The position numbers and the translations under genes were made by a program. Shown here piece after piece: positions 13,412-25,425 of a stretch of 64,000 nt of DNA (the first letter of the stretch is position 1; the number at the start of each line of letters is the position of its first letter). Origin of the DNA: Eledone cirrhosa (Eukaryota); NCBI GenBank assembly GCA_964016885.1, contig OZ024741.1, forward strand, positions 8,928,001-8,992,000, given 5' to 3'. The notes below the pieces were generated by a model. That model saw nothing but the letters and a program-made list of their open reading frames with translations. It ran no database searches and was not told the DNA's origin.

Positions 13412-14650
13412 CAAGAAACTCTGAGGAGAGCTGGACAGCAGAAGGTCTTCAGAGAAGAAACTCTCAGGAGAGATGAACCGCAGAAGGTCTTCAGAGAAGA
13501 AACTCTCAGGAGAGCTGGACAGCAGCAGGTCTTCAGAGAAACTCTGAGGAGAGCTGGAGAGAAGAAGGTCTTCAGAGAAACTCTGAGGAGAGCTGGACAG
13601 CAGAAGGTCTTCAGAGAAGAAACTCTCAGGAGAGATGAACCGCAGAAGGTCTTCAGAGAAGAAACTCTCAGGAGAGCTGGACAGCAGCAGGTCTTCAGAG
13701 AAACTCTGAGGAGAGCTGGAGAGAAGAAGGTCTTCAGAGAAACTCTGAGGAGAGCTGGACAGCAGAAGGTCTTCAGAGAAGAAACTCTCAGGAGAGCTGG
13801 ACAGCAGAAGGTCTTCAGAGAAGAAACTCTGAGGAGAGGTGGACAGCAGAAGGTCTTCAGAGAAACTCTGATGAGAGCTGGACAGCAGAAGGTCTTCAGA
13901 GAAGAAACTCTGAGGAGAGCTGGCCAGCAGAAGGTCTTCAGAGAAACTCTGAGGAGAGCTGGACAGCAGAAAGTCTTCATAGAAGAAACTCTGAGGAGAG
14001 CTGGACAGCAGAAGGTCTCCAGAGAAGAAACACTGAGGAGGGCTGGACAGCAGAAGGTCTTCAGAGAAGAAACTCTGAGGAGAGCTGGACAGCAGAAGGT
14101 CTTCAGAGAAGAAACTCTGAGGAGAGCTGGACAGCAGAAGGTCTTCAGAGAAGAAACTCTGAGGAGAGCTGGACAGCAGAAGGTCTTCAGAGAAGAAACT
14201 CTGAGGAGAGGTGGACAGCAGAAAGTCTTCAGAGAAGAAACTCTGAGGAGTGCTGGACAGCAGAAAGTCTTCAGAGAAGAAACTCTGAGGAGAGCTGGAC
14301 AGCAGAAGGTCTTCAGAGAAGAAACTCTGAGGAGAGCTGGACAGCAGAAGGTCTTCAGGGAAGAAACCCTCAGGAGAGTTGGACAGCAGAAGGTCTTCAG
14401 AGAAGAAACTCTGAGGAGAGCTGGACAGCAGAAGGTCTTCAGGGAAGAAACTCTGAGGAGAGCTGGACAGCAGAAGGTCTTCAGAGAAACTCTGAGGAGA
14501 GCTGGACAGCAGAAGGTCTTCAGGGAAGAAACCCTCAGGAGAGTTGGACAGCAGTAGGTCTTCAGAGAAGAAACTCTAAGGAGAGCTGGACAGCAGAAGG
14601 TCTTCAGAGAAACTCTGAGGAGAGCTGGACAGCAGGTCTTCAGAGAAAAA
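13412..14650. repeat. 42/39-bp minisatellite (~30 copies)
   Basis: Unit gaaactctgaggagagctggacagcagaaggtcttcaga(gaa); higher-order pattern in the first ~9 units. Confidence 0.95.
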
Positions 14651-14749
14651 ATCCCCCTCAAGCAAGTGTTTCGGTCCTTATCTTGATATTAAACAGAGCG
14701 GTTGATTTAAGAAGCAATGAGATATTTTAAATTTGAAATGTTTGTGGTT

Positions 14750-15115
14750 AAAATTACTCAGGAAAGAATCGCTGGAGAGATTTGTAGCTCAGAGATCAGA
14801 GAGTCATTCCAAGTAGAGCTGCTACTTCTCCCAATTGACAGATCACAGCTCCGATACTATGGGTATTTTGTTAGAATGTCTTAGGAAAGAATCAGTGGAC
14901 ATATTTTACGGGCAAGACCAGCCGCCAAGAGATCCAGGGGTAGGCCCCGAGTAAGATAGTTGAATAACATCCAGGAGCTTGAATAGTGTCGCTTGGGGAC
15001 CCAGTCGGATCAGTTGGAGACAGTTGTTTCTGACAAGACCGGCTGGAAGGGGTGTTTGAGGACTCTCGTCCGCCACGACCCTCTCAGGAATAAGTGGGCG
15101 AAGAAGAAGAAGAAA
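14750..15115 (+). mobile_element. RTE-clade (Expander/Rex3-like) LINE 3' fragment
   Basis: Translation SSEIRESFQVELLLLPIDRSQLRYYGYFVRM..KRSRGRPR; ends ccacgaccc..ataagtgggc(gaa)n. Confidence 0.7.
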
Positions 15116-15356
15116 TGGGTGTGTCTCAACGCAAATGACTATAATAATAGTAAATCAGTTTAAATATTAACTCAATGAACCTCACGAGAGGGAACAAAGT
15201 TATCTAAAATTAAATAGTTGCAGGAGGCAACAGCGAGGTTTGATCTTTTGGTAATAACTGTCATTGTCGATAAAATAAAGTACCAGTAATGTACTGGTTA
15301 ATTGCTCGCCTTGTGCCAAAAGTAGAAACAATTATTTCTGTCAATACCACCGTTGA

Positions 15357-16426
15357 TATGTATAACTAGTATCTCTACCTATATGTATAACTAGTATCTC
15401 TACCTGTATGTATAACTAGTATCTCTACCTGTATGTATAACTAGTATCTCTACCTATATGTATAACTAGTATCTCTACCTGTATGTGTAACTAGTATCTC
15501 TACCTGTATGTATAACTAGTATCTCTACCTGTATGTGTAACTAGTATCTCTACCTGTATGTATAACTAGTATCTCTACCTGTATGTATAACTAGTATCTC
15601 TACCTATATGTATAACTAGTATCTCTACCTGTATGTATAACTAGTATCTCTACCTATATGTATAACTAGTATCTCTACCTGTATGTGTAACTAGTATCTC
15701 TACCTGTATGTATAACTAGTAACTCTACCTATATGTATAACTAGTATCTCTACCTATATGTATAACTAGTATCTCTACCTATATGTATAACTAGTATCTC
15801 TACCTGTATGTATAACTAGTATCTCTACCTATATGTATAACTAGTATCTCTACCTATATGTGTAACTAGTATCTCTACCTATATGTATAACTAGTATCTC
15901 TACCTGTATGTGTAACTAGTATCTCTACCTATATGTATAACTAGTATCTCTACCTATATGTATAACTAGTATCTCTACCTATATGTATAACTAGTATCTC
16001 TACCTATATGTATAACTAGTATCTCTACCTATATGTGTAACTAGTATCTCTACCTGTATGTATAACTAGTATCTCTACCTATATGTATAACTAGTATCTC
16101 TACCTGTATGTATAACTAGTATCTCTACCTATATGTATAACTAGTATCTCTACCTATATGTGTAACTAGTATCTCTACCTGTATGTATAACTAGTATCTC
16201 TACCTATATGTATAACTAGTATCTCTACCTGTATGTATAACTAGTATCTCTACCTATATGTATAACTAGTATCTCTACCTATATGTATAACTAGTATCTC
16301 TACCTATATGTGTAACTAGTATCTCTACCTATATGTATAACTAGTATCTCTACCTATATGTATAACTAGTATCTCTACCTATATGTATAACTAGTATCTC
16401 TACCTATATGTGTAACTAGTATCTCT
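15357..16426. repeat. 25-bp minisatellite (~43 copies)
   Basis: Unit (a/g)tatgt(a/g)taactagtatctctacct. Confidence 0.95.
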
Positions 16427-16582
16427 ATTTGTGTGTATAGTATAATGACCCATACCTGTATATTCCTTTACAGTTGTATTGTTGAGCCCTGGCCGAGGTA
16501 ATTCTATGTGTGTATATGTTTATATATACATACTGAGGCATTGCATAAGGAATGCACCAACTGTATGTATATCTATCTATTA

Positions 16583-16668
<86 letters not shown>

Positions 16669-16725
16669 AATAGATAAATAAATCGATAGATTAATAGATA
16701 GATATATTTATAGATAGATAAATAG

Positions 16726-16756
<31 letters not shown>

Positions 16757-16768
16757 GATAGATAGATA

Positions 16769-18184
16769 TGTTTCTTTTATTTGCCACAAGGGCATCAAAA
16801 GTGGGACAAGTACAATGGGGGGAGTTTACAAAACAAGGCGTCCTCAATAGGGAGGAGGCAATAACAATATATAAAAATAAAATAAAATATAACAAAAAAT
16901 AGAATTATAACAAAATCCTCAATAGAGGATTTTGTTATAAAATATAACAAAAAATAAAATTTATAACAAAATCCTCAATAGAGAGGAGGCGCCTTGGGGG
17001 GTCGCACACACCCCCGAAAAAAGTGTGCAACCCTTTTCCTCAGGAGCACAGAGAGGGGGTGCTCCCTCGTTCCTTCCTCTTTTCCACCTACAGGCTCATG
17101 TAAAGAGAAGGCCCATTCACACGGGCCATTCTCGCCACTTTCACCCACCTTTCATAAAAACGACTGGGGTGCAGCACCTCTCTCTCCATCCTGATCCTTC
17201 TTCCGAAATGATATCGGAAGAAACGGACCAGTTGTTGGCCAGAGAGAAAGGTGCCTGACCTCAGTCCTTTCAGACGGGTCCACCATACAAACTCTTTCGC
17301 CATGGCTATTACGCACAGAAACACCGCCTCTGCTTCATCTTTGAAGGGGGGAGGCGGCTTGATCATTACAATAGACTCGGTGGTCAACCGGATCGGTCCC
17401 ACCCTTGACAGCAGTTGTTCGACATAGCCCCACAGATCGGCTACGCCCGAGCAGTGTACAAATGCGTGTGCAACGGTTTCCTCGTCGCACACGCATCTGG
17501 GACAGATCTTTTTGGCGGGGTCCCTACCCGGGCGCCCGTGTCTGTAGAGCCTTTCTCGAACGGGTAAAGCTCCTCGGTAGCACTGCCAGGCCAGGGACTT
17601 CTGGAAGTTGTCCATAGGTCCCGGGCTGAATGTCTTACCGAACAGGCTGGCCAGTTCGTCCTCCTCCATGTCTAGGGCCTCTCCGAGGGCGTCGTCGCAC
17701 CTGCTGCGTACCAGCCCTCTATAGAATGTTGCGGTGGAGTCTCCACTGATAACCGGATCCGCCTGCCAGAGGGCGGTGAACGCCTGGGCACACTCAGTGT
17801 GCCAGGCGCCCAGTTTTCTCGGTCTTTGCTTGACCCAGGATTGCAGCTCGGTGAGTGAAACGAGTCTGGGAAAGGTTCGTCTCACAAACGAGGCCCACAC
17901 CGGTTGTCCGGTGAGGAATACGTAGAGGTGCCGTAGCCTTAATGCGTGTTTACGCATCATTAGCCACGGCATCCCCAGCCCTCCTTTCGAAGGGTGTTGA
18001 CAGCAGATGGATCTCCTCACCATAGGAGCCCGCCTCTTCCAAAGGAATTGGAAGAGCGCGCGCTCCATCTTGGTGAGGGTTTCCCTTGGGCAGGGCACTA
18101 CGGTCAGGCGGTAGTAGATGACGGACGCTATGTAGGTGTTCGCCACCTCCGCCCGACCTTTCAGGGATAGTTTGCAACTGGCCC
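16769..18184 (-). mobile_element. Tx1-clade LINE, 5'-truncated copy A, in (GATA)n
   Basis: Near-identical to the 3' ~1.36 kb of the full-length copy. ORF 17088-18146 equals the ORF2 C-terminus. AATAAA just before the 3' end; (GATA)n on both sides. Confidence 0.92.
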
Positions 18185-18197
18185 TATAGATAGATAA

Positions 18198-18248
<51 letters not shown>

Positions 18249-18512
18249 TATTTCTTTTATTTGCCACTAGGGCATCAAAAGTGGGACAAGTACAAAGGGG
18301 GGAGTTTACACAAAAAGGCGTCCTCAATAAGGAGGAGGCAATAACAAAATATAAAAATAAAATAAGATATAACAAAAAATAAAATTTTTAACAAAATCCT
18401 CAATAGAGAGGAGGCGCCTTGGGGGGTCGCACACACCCCCGAAAAAAGTGTGCAACCCTTCTCCTCAGGAGCACAGAGAAGGGGTGCTCCCTTGGTCTTT
18501 CATCTTCCTCAC

Positions 18513-21500
18513 CTATAGTCTGATGTAGAGTGAAGGCCCATTCACACGGGCCATTCTCGCCACTTTCACCCATCTTTCATAGAAACGGCTGGGGTGCAGC
18601 ACCTCTCTCTCCATCCTGATCCTTCTTCCGAAATGATATCGGAAGAAACGGACCAGTTGTTGGCCAGAGAGAAAGGTGCCCGACCTCAGTCCTTTCAGAC
18701 GCGTCCACCATACAACCTCTTTCGCCATGGCTATTACGCACAGAAACACCGCCTCTGCTTCATCTTTGAAGGGGGGAGGCGGCTTGATCATTACAATAGA
18801 CTCGGTGGTCAACCGGATCGGTCCCACCCTTGACAGCAGTTGTTCGACATAGCCCCACAGATCGGCTACGCCCGAGCAGTGTACTAATGCGTGTGCAACG
18901 GTTTCCTCGTCGCACACGCATCTGGGACAGATCTTTTTGGCGGGGTCCCTACCCGGGCGCCCGTGTCTGTAGAGCCTTTCTCGAACGGGTAAAGCCCCTC
19001 GGTAGCACTGCCAGGCCAGGGACTTCTGGAAGTTGTCCATAGGTCCCGGGCTGAATGTCCTACCGAACAGGCTGGCCAGTTCGTCCTCCTCCATGTCTAG
19101 GGCTTCTCCGAGGGCGTCGTCGCACCTGCTGCGTACTAGCCCTCTATAGAATGTTGCGGTGGAGTCTCCACTGATAACCGGATCCGCCTGCCAGAGGGCG
19201 GTGAGCGCCTGGGCACACTCAGTGTGCCAGGCGCCCAGTTTTCTCGGTCTTTGCTTGACCCAGGATTGCAGCTCGGTGAGTGAGACGAGTCTGGGAAAGG
19301 TTCGTCTCACAAACGAGGCCCACACCGGTTGTCCGGTGAGGAATACGTAGAGGTGCCGTAGCCTTAATGCGTGTTTACGCATCATTAGCCACGGCATCCC
19401 CAGCCCTCCTTTCGAAGGGTGTTGACAGCAGATGGATCTCCTCACCATAGGAGCCCGCCTCTTCCAAAGGAATTGGAAGAGCGCGCGCTCCATCTTGGTG
19501 AGGGTTTCCCTTGGGCAGGGCACTACGGTCAGGCGGTAGTAGATGACGGACGCTATGTAGGTGTTCGCCACCTCCGCCCGGCCTTTCAGGGATAGTTTGC
19601 AACTGGCCCACTTCTGGGTCAGTGCAAACACCCTGTTCGTAACCTCCGCCCAGTTTTTCTCCACCTGGAGGTCCGGTCCGAACCAGACCCCGAGCAACTT
19701 CACCGGGCCCTCCGTCCAGCGTCCGACGACGCTATCGGAGGGCATCGGTCTGCCCCTCCACGTGCCGAGTTGCAAACCGATCGACTTGTCCCGGTTCAGC
19801 TTAGCCCCTGTGAACTTTTCGTACTCCTCCAGTAAGGTGCCGACCGCCTCGATTTCGGAGGCCGTCGACACCATTACTGTCACGTCATCGGCGTAGGCCG
19901 ACACCGCTTTCCGCAATCCCGGTTCCAAAGGGATGCCCTGCAACAACTCCAACTTCCGCAGTAGTGGCTCGAGAGTCAACACATACAGAAGGGAGGAGAG
20001 AGGGCACCCTTGTCGGATGGACCGCGCGATTTTGAACGGCTCCGAGAGGTAGCCGTTCACCTTGACCCTAGAGCAGATGCGGCTGCTGTGCATAGCAGTG
20101 ATCCAGCCCCTGAAAACGGGTCCGAAGCCTGCCGCCGCTAGCACCGCATCCAGGTAACCATGGTCGACCCTATCGAACGCCTTAGATTGATCCAAGTTGA
20201 TCAGAGCCCCACCAAAGCCGGGTTCGTTCCCAACCCTCTCTATGATGTATCGCATGAGGTGGAGGTTGTCATGGATGGACCTGGACGGGATAGCGCATGT
20301 CTGCGCATCTCCCACCAGGTTGCCCACGACAAGCGCCAACCTCTTTGCTAGCACCTTGGCCAAAATCTGTAACTCTGTATTTAGCAGTGTTATGGGCCTG
20401 AAGTTACTTATTTCGTCCCCCTTGTTCTCGTCCTTCCTCACTAGCGTGACTACGCCCTTGGTCACAGTACAGGGAATTCTCCCGTTCTGTTGCCAGTTGC
20501 AGTAGACCGCCTCGAGGAGATCGGGGAACAAGTCCGGCATAGCTAGATATAATTCGTAAGGAAGACCATCGAGACCCGGGGATTTGCGTTTGCCGCATTG
20601 GCTCAGCACGTCCTCTATCTCAGCGGCCGAAATCGGCTCTTCGCAGGACTTCGCCTCCCTGTCCGAGAGGCGCGGCAGGCCGTCGAGGTATGGACCGAAG
20701 TCCACGTTCCCAACCGGCTCCCCGCCCCTCCCGAACAGTCGGGCAAAGTGCCTTTGAAAGGCCTCACACATCTGCTTAGGCTCAAGAATCGCCCGTCCAT
20801 CCAGGTCTCGCAAAGACCGGATGGTGGATTTAGTTCCACTGTTGGCCTCTGTCACGCGGGCCCAGCTAACAGCTTTGGTCCCCTCGTTCCCTAGAGCACG
20901 TATTTTACTTCGGACAACGCAGCCTTCGTGTTTCGCGTCGAAAAACTGGCTCAAAGCCGTTCTCGACGCTAGCACTCTGGCCACGTCGCCGCTTCTAATT
21001 GCCTCTTCTACTCTATCTATTAGCTCCCTTTCCTTCCTATTCCTATCCGCAGCTAGAACCTTACTAAATTCTATCGAGACTACTCTAATCTCTCTCTTTA
21101 GAGATACCCACCACCTGCTGTTGACGATCGCTCCAGTCAACCGTTCCTTAACTAACGTACTAATCCGATTCCTGTAGGCTCTACTTGCCGGCAAGGACAA
21201 GTTGAGCTTCCAGTAACCGGGGCCCTGTCTATGAGTTCTGTCAAGGTTGACCATGCAGGTCACTAATTTGTGGTCTGAATAGCCAACAATGCGCATTTTT
21301 GGACAACTTAAAAAGTCCTTATCCTTAATTCTAACTAAGAACCTATCTAGGTACGACCTAGATGATCCGCTACGATTTGCCCAAGTCCAGGTTGGCGCAG
21401 TCGGAAAATCTAGTCGATATCTATCGGCCAGGTCAAATCGACCGATTAACCCTTTGAGGCTATTACACCCCTCTCTATCGGGGCAGGCCCCTACGTAGTC

Positions 21501-21950
21501 CCAGCGTGCATCTAGGATACCATTCCAGTCCCCCACTAATAGCAAGGAGCGGGACGTCCCTAGAAAAGTCTCCAGACGATGGAAGAAGTCCGGCCGCATT
21601 GACCCGAAAGGGCCGTAGGCGGCTACCAACCTAAACGCTCCGCCTTTACCACTGCCAAGGTCCAGAACCACTAGTCGACCCTCCGGGTCCAAATGTACCA
21701 TCTGTGTTGCGAGACCCAGATGTTTTTGCAGCAGAACGACAACTCCACCCCCACCTCCGGGCTGACAGAGAGATGCGTGCATCTCAAAGTCATCAAAGGT
21801 GGGGGCCAGCTGTCGCACGTTGCTGATCCGGGCCTCGCAAATAACCATCACATCTATACGTTGTGACCTGAGGTCATTTAGAAGCATTGCTTGCTTCCAA
21901 GTTGAGCCCAGGCCACGCGCGTTTAAACAGCCTACTCTTAGCATAGCCAT
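18513..21950 (-). CDS. ORF2: APE-type endonuclease + reverse transcriptase + C-terminal CCHC zinc finger
   Basis: LNARGL, GDWN, YLDRF, SDH (APE); SPGLDG, FRPITLLN, DQSKAFDRV, QGCPLS, YADD (RT); CPRC..EETVAHALVHC. Uninterrupted. First ATG at 21950 (the track starts at GTG 21974). Confidence 0.95.
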   Translation of the reverse strand: MAMLRVGCLNARGLGSTWKQAMLLNDLRSQRIDVMVICEARISNVRQLAPTFDDFEMHASLCQPGGGGGVVVLLQKHLGLATQMVHLDPEGRLVVLDLGSGKGGAFRLVAAYGPFGSMRPDFFHRLETFLGTSRSLLLVGDWNGILDARWDYVGACPDREGCNSLKGLIGRFDLADRYRLDFPTAPTWTWANRSGSSRSYLDRFLVRIKDKDFLSCPKMRIVGYSDHKLVTCMVNLDRTHRQGPGYWKLNLSLPASRAYRNRISTLVKERLTGAIVNSRWWVSLKREIRVVSIEFSKVLAADRNRKERELIDRVEEAIRSGDVARVLASRTALSQFFDAKHEGCVVRSKIRALGNEGTKAVSWARVTEANSGTKSTIRSLRDLDGRAILEPKQMCEAFQRHFARLFGRGGEPVGNVDFGPYLDGLPRLSDREAKSCEEPISAAEIEDVLSQCGKRKSPGLDGLPYELYLAMPDLFPDLLEAVYCNWQQNGRIPCTVTKGVVTLVRKDENKGDEISNFRPITLLNTELQILAKVLAKRLALVVGNLVGDAQTCAIPSRSIHDNLHLMRYIIERVGNEPGFGGALINLDQSKAFDRVDHGYLDAVLAAAGFGPVFRGWITAMHSSRICSRVKVNGYLSEPFKIARSIRQGCPLSSLLYVLTLEPLLRKLELLQGIPLEPGLRKAVSAYADDVTVMVSTASEIEAVGTLLEEYEKFTGAKLNRDKSIGLQLGTWRGRPMPSDSVVGRWTEGPVKLLGVWFGPDLQVEKNWAEVTNRVFALTQKWASCKLSLKGRAEVANTYIASVIYYRLTVVPCPRETLTKMERALFQFLWKRRAPMVRRSICCQHPSKGGLGMPWLMMRKHALRLRHLYVFLTGQPVWASFVRRTFPRLVSLTELQSWVKQRPRKLGAWHTECAQALTALWQADPVISGDSTATFYRGLVRSRCDDALGEALDMEEDELASLFGRTFSPGPMDNFQKSLAWQCYRGALPVRERLYRHGRPGRDPAKKICPRCVCDEETVAHALVHCSGVADLWGYVEQLLSRVGPIRLTTESIVMIKPPPPFKDEAEAVFLCVIAMAKEVVWWTRLKGLRSGTFLSGQQLVRFFRYHFGRRIRMEREVLHPSRFYERWVKVARMARVNGPSLYIRL

Positions 21951-21974
21951 GTTGGTGGTGAAGAGAAAAGGCAC

Positions 21975-23753
21975 TTACCTCTCTGCGTCCCGGGTATCGG
22001 GCTGCACAATTTCCATTAGGGTGGGGGATGGGTTGTTGGGTGGGGTGGTGGTTTGTGGAAGTGTGGGGGCATCAGTGTGTTGTGTGGTTGGGGAGCTTGG
22101 AGTTGTGTGGGTGTTTGGGGAGGGGGTGGGATAGTTTTTTAGGAGGACGCGGTTAATGGGCCCGACGCAGGGGGGACCCACGTCCTCTTTAAAATTGTTT
22201 TTTAAAGTTTTATAGGTGTCCTGTGGGGCCTTAATCATTTTGAGGTGGGGGAAATCCCCTGCCTGGGTGAAGTTAGGCCCTTGTGTTTTTATTAGATTGT
22301 TGTTGTACACAATGTTTAACAGTTTTTTGTTTCTTGTATTTATGTATGTGTATGCATGTTTTTGTTTTTGTGTGGTGTTTTTTGTTTGCTGTTGTGAGCT
22401 CTTTTGTGTTGGTGTCAGTGTTATGTTTTGGGGAGGGTTTTTTTTCATTTGTGTGTCTGAGGTGTGTTTTCTTTTTTTTCTTTTGATTGTGTGGAAGTGC
22501 TCCTCCTCGTCTGACGACGAACTAGGGTCATCTTCCGCGTTGGAGGGGAGGGGTATATTTTCGGGTTGTGTTTGCGGTACGGGTGTTTTGGAAATTGTTT
22601 TTGTTTTTTGAGTGGAGGGGATGGGTTGGACATTGTTTTGTTTTGGTTTGAGCTGTGGTGGTTGTTTTTGTAGTGGTAGTTGTGGTGATTGTGTTGGTTG
22701 TGCAGCTGTTGGTGGTGTAGGCAGGATTGGGGTTTTCTTATTAAGTTGGGGACAGACAGCCCTCAGGTGACCTCTGGTTCCGCAGAGGTAACACGAGGGC
22801 CGTCTACCCTCAACGGTAATGTTGATGAAGGTTAGATCATCCAGTATGACGCGTTCAGGGATCTGGGCGATCCTTTCGGGCCTCATTTGAACTACAAGTT
22901 CGAGGCTCGTTCCACTGAACGCGTCACCCGATGCCTTTCCCATGGACACCAGCATGTCATCCTCCAGGTCCAGAAAACCTGTCAAAACCCACCATATGTC
23001 CATAATCGGCAGGATGGTGTGGATTTTTATTTTTTGTGTTCTTCTACCCATGTACGTAGGGTAGAAGGTGTATGCGGTGGATGTGATTGGTTTGATGGAC
23101 AGTTTCACTGCTGTGTCCCTGTCCTTCATGAGAATGGATAGACTCCCGTAGAGTCTATCCTTCTGAATGAAGGTGATGTCCTTCATGACGTCTTTTAAAA
23201 CCAGCTCTATCTCGCTCTGTGATGGTTGAGCTGGTTTTTTACTTTTGTTCGAGATTGTCCTAAACATGACCGTGTTTAGGAGTCTCTGGCTTTTTAGTTC
23301 CGGGGGGGAATGGATTGTGAATGAACCATTTTCCCCGTACACTATATATTTTTTCGCATCCGCCAGTAGCTCCTTCGCTTTTGTTATATCTACTGGCAGA
23401 TAGTCGAGGGTTTTCCTTGTCGTCTCGGCGAAGGAGAAATTTTGTTTGTTTGTGTTGTTGTTGTCGTTGGTGGTGTTGTTGTTATCATTGTTGTTGTTGT
23501 CACCGTTATTGGTCTTGTTGTTGTTATTGTTATTGGTGTTGTTTTCGTCCGTCGCATTGTTGTTGTTGCTGTTGCCGCTGGTTCTTTGAGTTGTTACCAT
23601 GGCAACGTCAAGTTGTCGGTTAACAGGTGGAGAGAATTCTTCCTCTGGCTGACCTTTCTTCTTGACCTCTGCTACTGTGACAGTGGCAGGGGGAAGCTGT
23701 AAGTTCATCTTCCCCTTTCCTCCTTCGAATTTTGGTGAAGAAGCTTCGGCCAT
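21975..23753 (-). CDS. ORF1: gag-like nucleic-acid-binding protein with zinc knuckle
   Basis: 592 aa; CYLCGTRGHLRAVC (CX2CX4HX4C); poly-Asn N-terminal tract; P/Q/T-rich tail; basic KRKKRK motif. Confidence 0.9.
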   Translation of the reverse strand: MAEASSPKFEGGKGKMNLQLPPATVTVAEVKKKGQPEEEFSPPVNRQLDVAMVTTQRTSGNSNNNNATDENNTNNNNNNKTNNGDNNNNDNNNTTNDNNNTNKQNFSFAETTRKTLDYLPVDITKAKELLADAKKYIVYGENGSFTIHSPPELKSQRLLNTVMFRTISNKSKKPAQPSQSEIELVLKDVMKDITFIQKDRLYGSLSILMKDRDTAVKLSIKPITSTAYTFYPTYMGRRTQKIKIHTILPIMDIWWVLTGFLDLEDDMLVSMGKASGDAFSGTSLELVVQMRPERIAQIPERVILDDLTFINITVEGRRPSCYLCGTRGHLRAVCPQLNKKTPILPTPPTAAQPTQSPQLPLQKQPPQLKPKQNNVQPIPSTQKTKTISKTPVPQTQPENIPLPSNAEDDPSSSSDEEEHFHTIKRKKRKHTSDTQMKKNPPQNITLTPTQKSSQQQTKNTTQKQKHAYTYINTRNKKLLNIVYNNNLIKTQGPNFTQAGDFPHLKMIKAPQDTYKTLKNNFKEDVGPPCVGPINRVLLKNYPTPSPNTHTTPSSPTTQHTDAPTLPQTTTPPNNPSPTLMEIVQPDTRDAER

Positions 23754-23969
23754 TTAAAAAAATATTGACTTTTCAACAAGAAAAAACTTTTTTTTTTGTT
23801 TAACTATTTCGCCTAAAGGCGTAGAATATTTTGAGAGACTGACCAGATCAAAGTTTGACCTGGCAGTCCCTCTACAAAATGGTACAAAAATTAAAGTTAT
23901 CAGACAAGAGTTTCTATAGAAATTTAAACAGAACTTACTCAGCAAGTTATACGCGTGTGTCCATCCCAG

Positions 23970-24011
<42 letters not shown>

Positions 24012-24066
24012 ATAAATCGATAGATAGATAGATAGATTGATAGATAGATAGATAAATAGATAGATA

Positions 24067-25425
24067 TGTTTCTTTTATTTGCCACCAGGGCATCAAAAGT
24101 GGGACAAGTACAATGGGGGAGTTTACAAAACAAGGCGTCCTCAATAAGGAGGAGGCAATAACAATATATAAAAATAAAATAAAATATAACAAAAAAATAA
24201 AATTTATAACAAAGTCCTCAATAGAGAGGAGGCGCCTTGGGGGGTCGCACACACCCCCGAAAAAAGTGTGCAAACCTTCTCCTCAGGAGCACAGAGAAGG
24301 GGTGCTCCCTTGGTCTTTCATCTTCCTCACCTATAGTCTGATGTAGAGTGAAGGCCCATTCACACGGGCCATTCTCGCCACTTTCACCCATCTTTCATAA
24401 AAACGGCTGGGGTGCAGCACCTCTCTCTCCACCCTGATCCTTCTTCCGAAATGATATCGGAAGAAACGGACCAGTTGTTGGCCAGAGAGAAAGGTGTCTG
24501 ACCTCAGTCCTTTCAGACGCGTCCACCATACAACCTCTTTTGCCATGGCTATTACGCACAGAAATACCGCCTCTCCTTCGTTTTTGAAGAGGGGAGGCGG
24601 CTTGATCGTTACAATAGACTCGGTGGTCAACCGGATCGGTCCCACCCTTGACAGCAGTTGTTCGACATAGCCTCACAGATCGGCAATGCCAGAGCAGTGT
24701 ACCAGTGCGTGTGCAACGGTTTCCTCGTCGCACACGCATCTGGGACAGATCTTTTTCGATGGGTCCCTAGCCGGGCGCCCGTGTCTGTAGAGCCTTTCTC
24801 GAACGGGCAGAGCCCTTCTGTAGCATTGCCAGGCCAGGGACCTCTGGAAGTTATCCATGGGTCCCGGGTTGAATGTCCTACCGAACAGGTTGGCCAGTTC
24901 GTCTTCCTCCATGCCTAGGGCTTCTCCGAGGGCGTCGTCGCACCTGCTAACCACCAGCCCTCTATAGAATGACGAGGTGGATTCTCCACTGACAGCCGTG
25001 TCCGCCTGCCAGAGAGCCGTGAGCGCCTGGGCACACTCGGTGTGCTAGGCGCCCAGTTTTCTCGGTCTTTGCTTGACCCAGGATTGCAGCTCGGTGAGTG
25101 AGACGAGTCTGGGAAAGGCTCGCCTCACAAACGGGGCCCACACCGGTTGACCGGAGAGGAATACCTGAAGGTGCCGTAGCCTTAATGCGTGTTTACGTAT
25201 CATTAGCCACGGCATCCCCAGCCCTCCTTTCGAAGGGTGTTGACAGCAGATGGATCTCCTCACCATAGGAGCCCGCTTCTTCCAAAGGAATTGGAAGAGT
25301 GCGCGCTCCATTTTGGCGACCGTTTCCCTTGGGTAAGGCACAACGGTCAGGCGGTAGTAGATGACGCTATATAAGTGTTCGCCACCTCCGCCCGACCTTT
25401 CAGGGACAGTTTGCACTCGGCCCAC
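24067..25425 (-). mobile_element. Tx1-clade LINE, 5'-truncated and more diverged copy C, in (GATA)n
   Basis: Same 3'UTR and ORF2 tail with stops and indels; (GATA)n at 23968-24066 and 25426-25521. Confidence 0.92.

Larger units (their letters stand above)
18249..23967 (-). mobile_element. Full-length Tx1/L1-clade non-LTR retrotransposon (copy B), ~5.7 kb, in (GATA)n
   Basis: ~214-nt 5'UTR, ORF1, ORF2 and a 3'UTR with AATAAA; both junctions abut GATA repeats. Confidence 0.93.
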
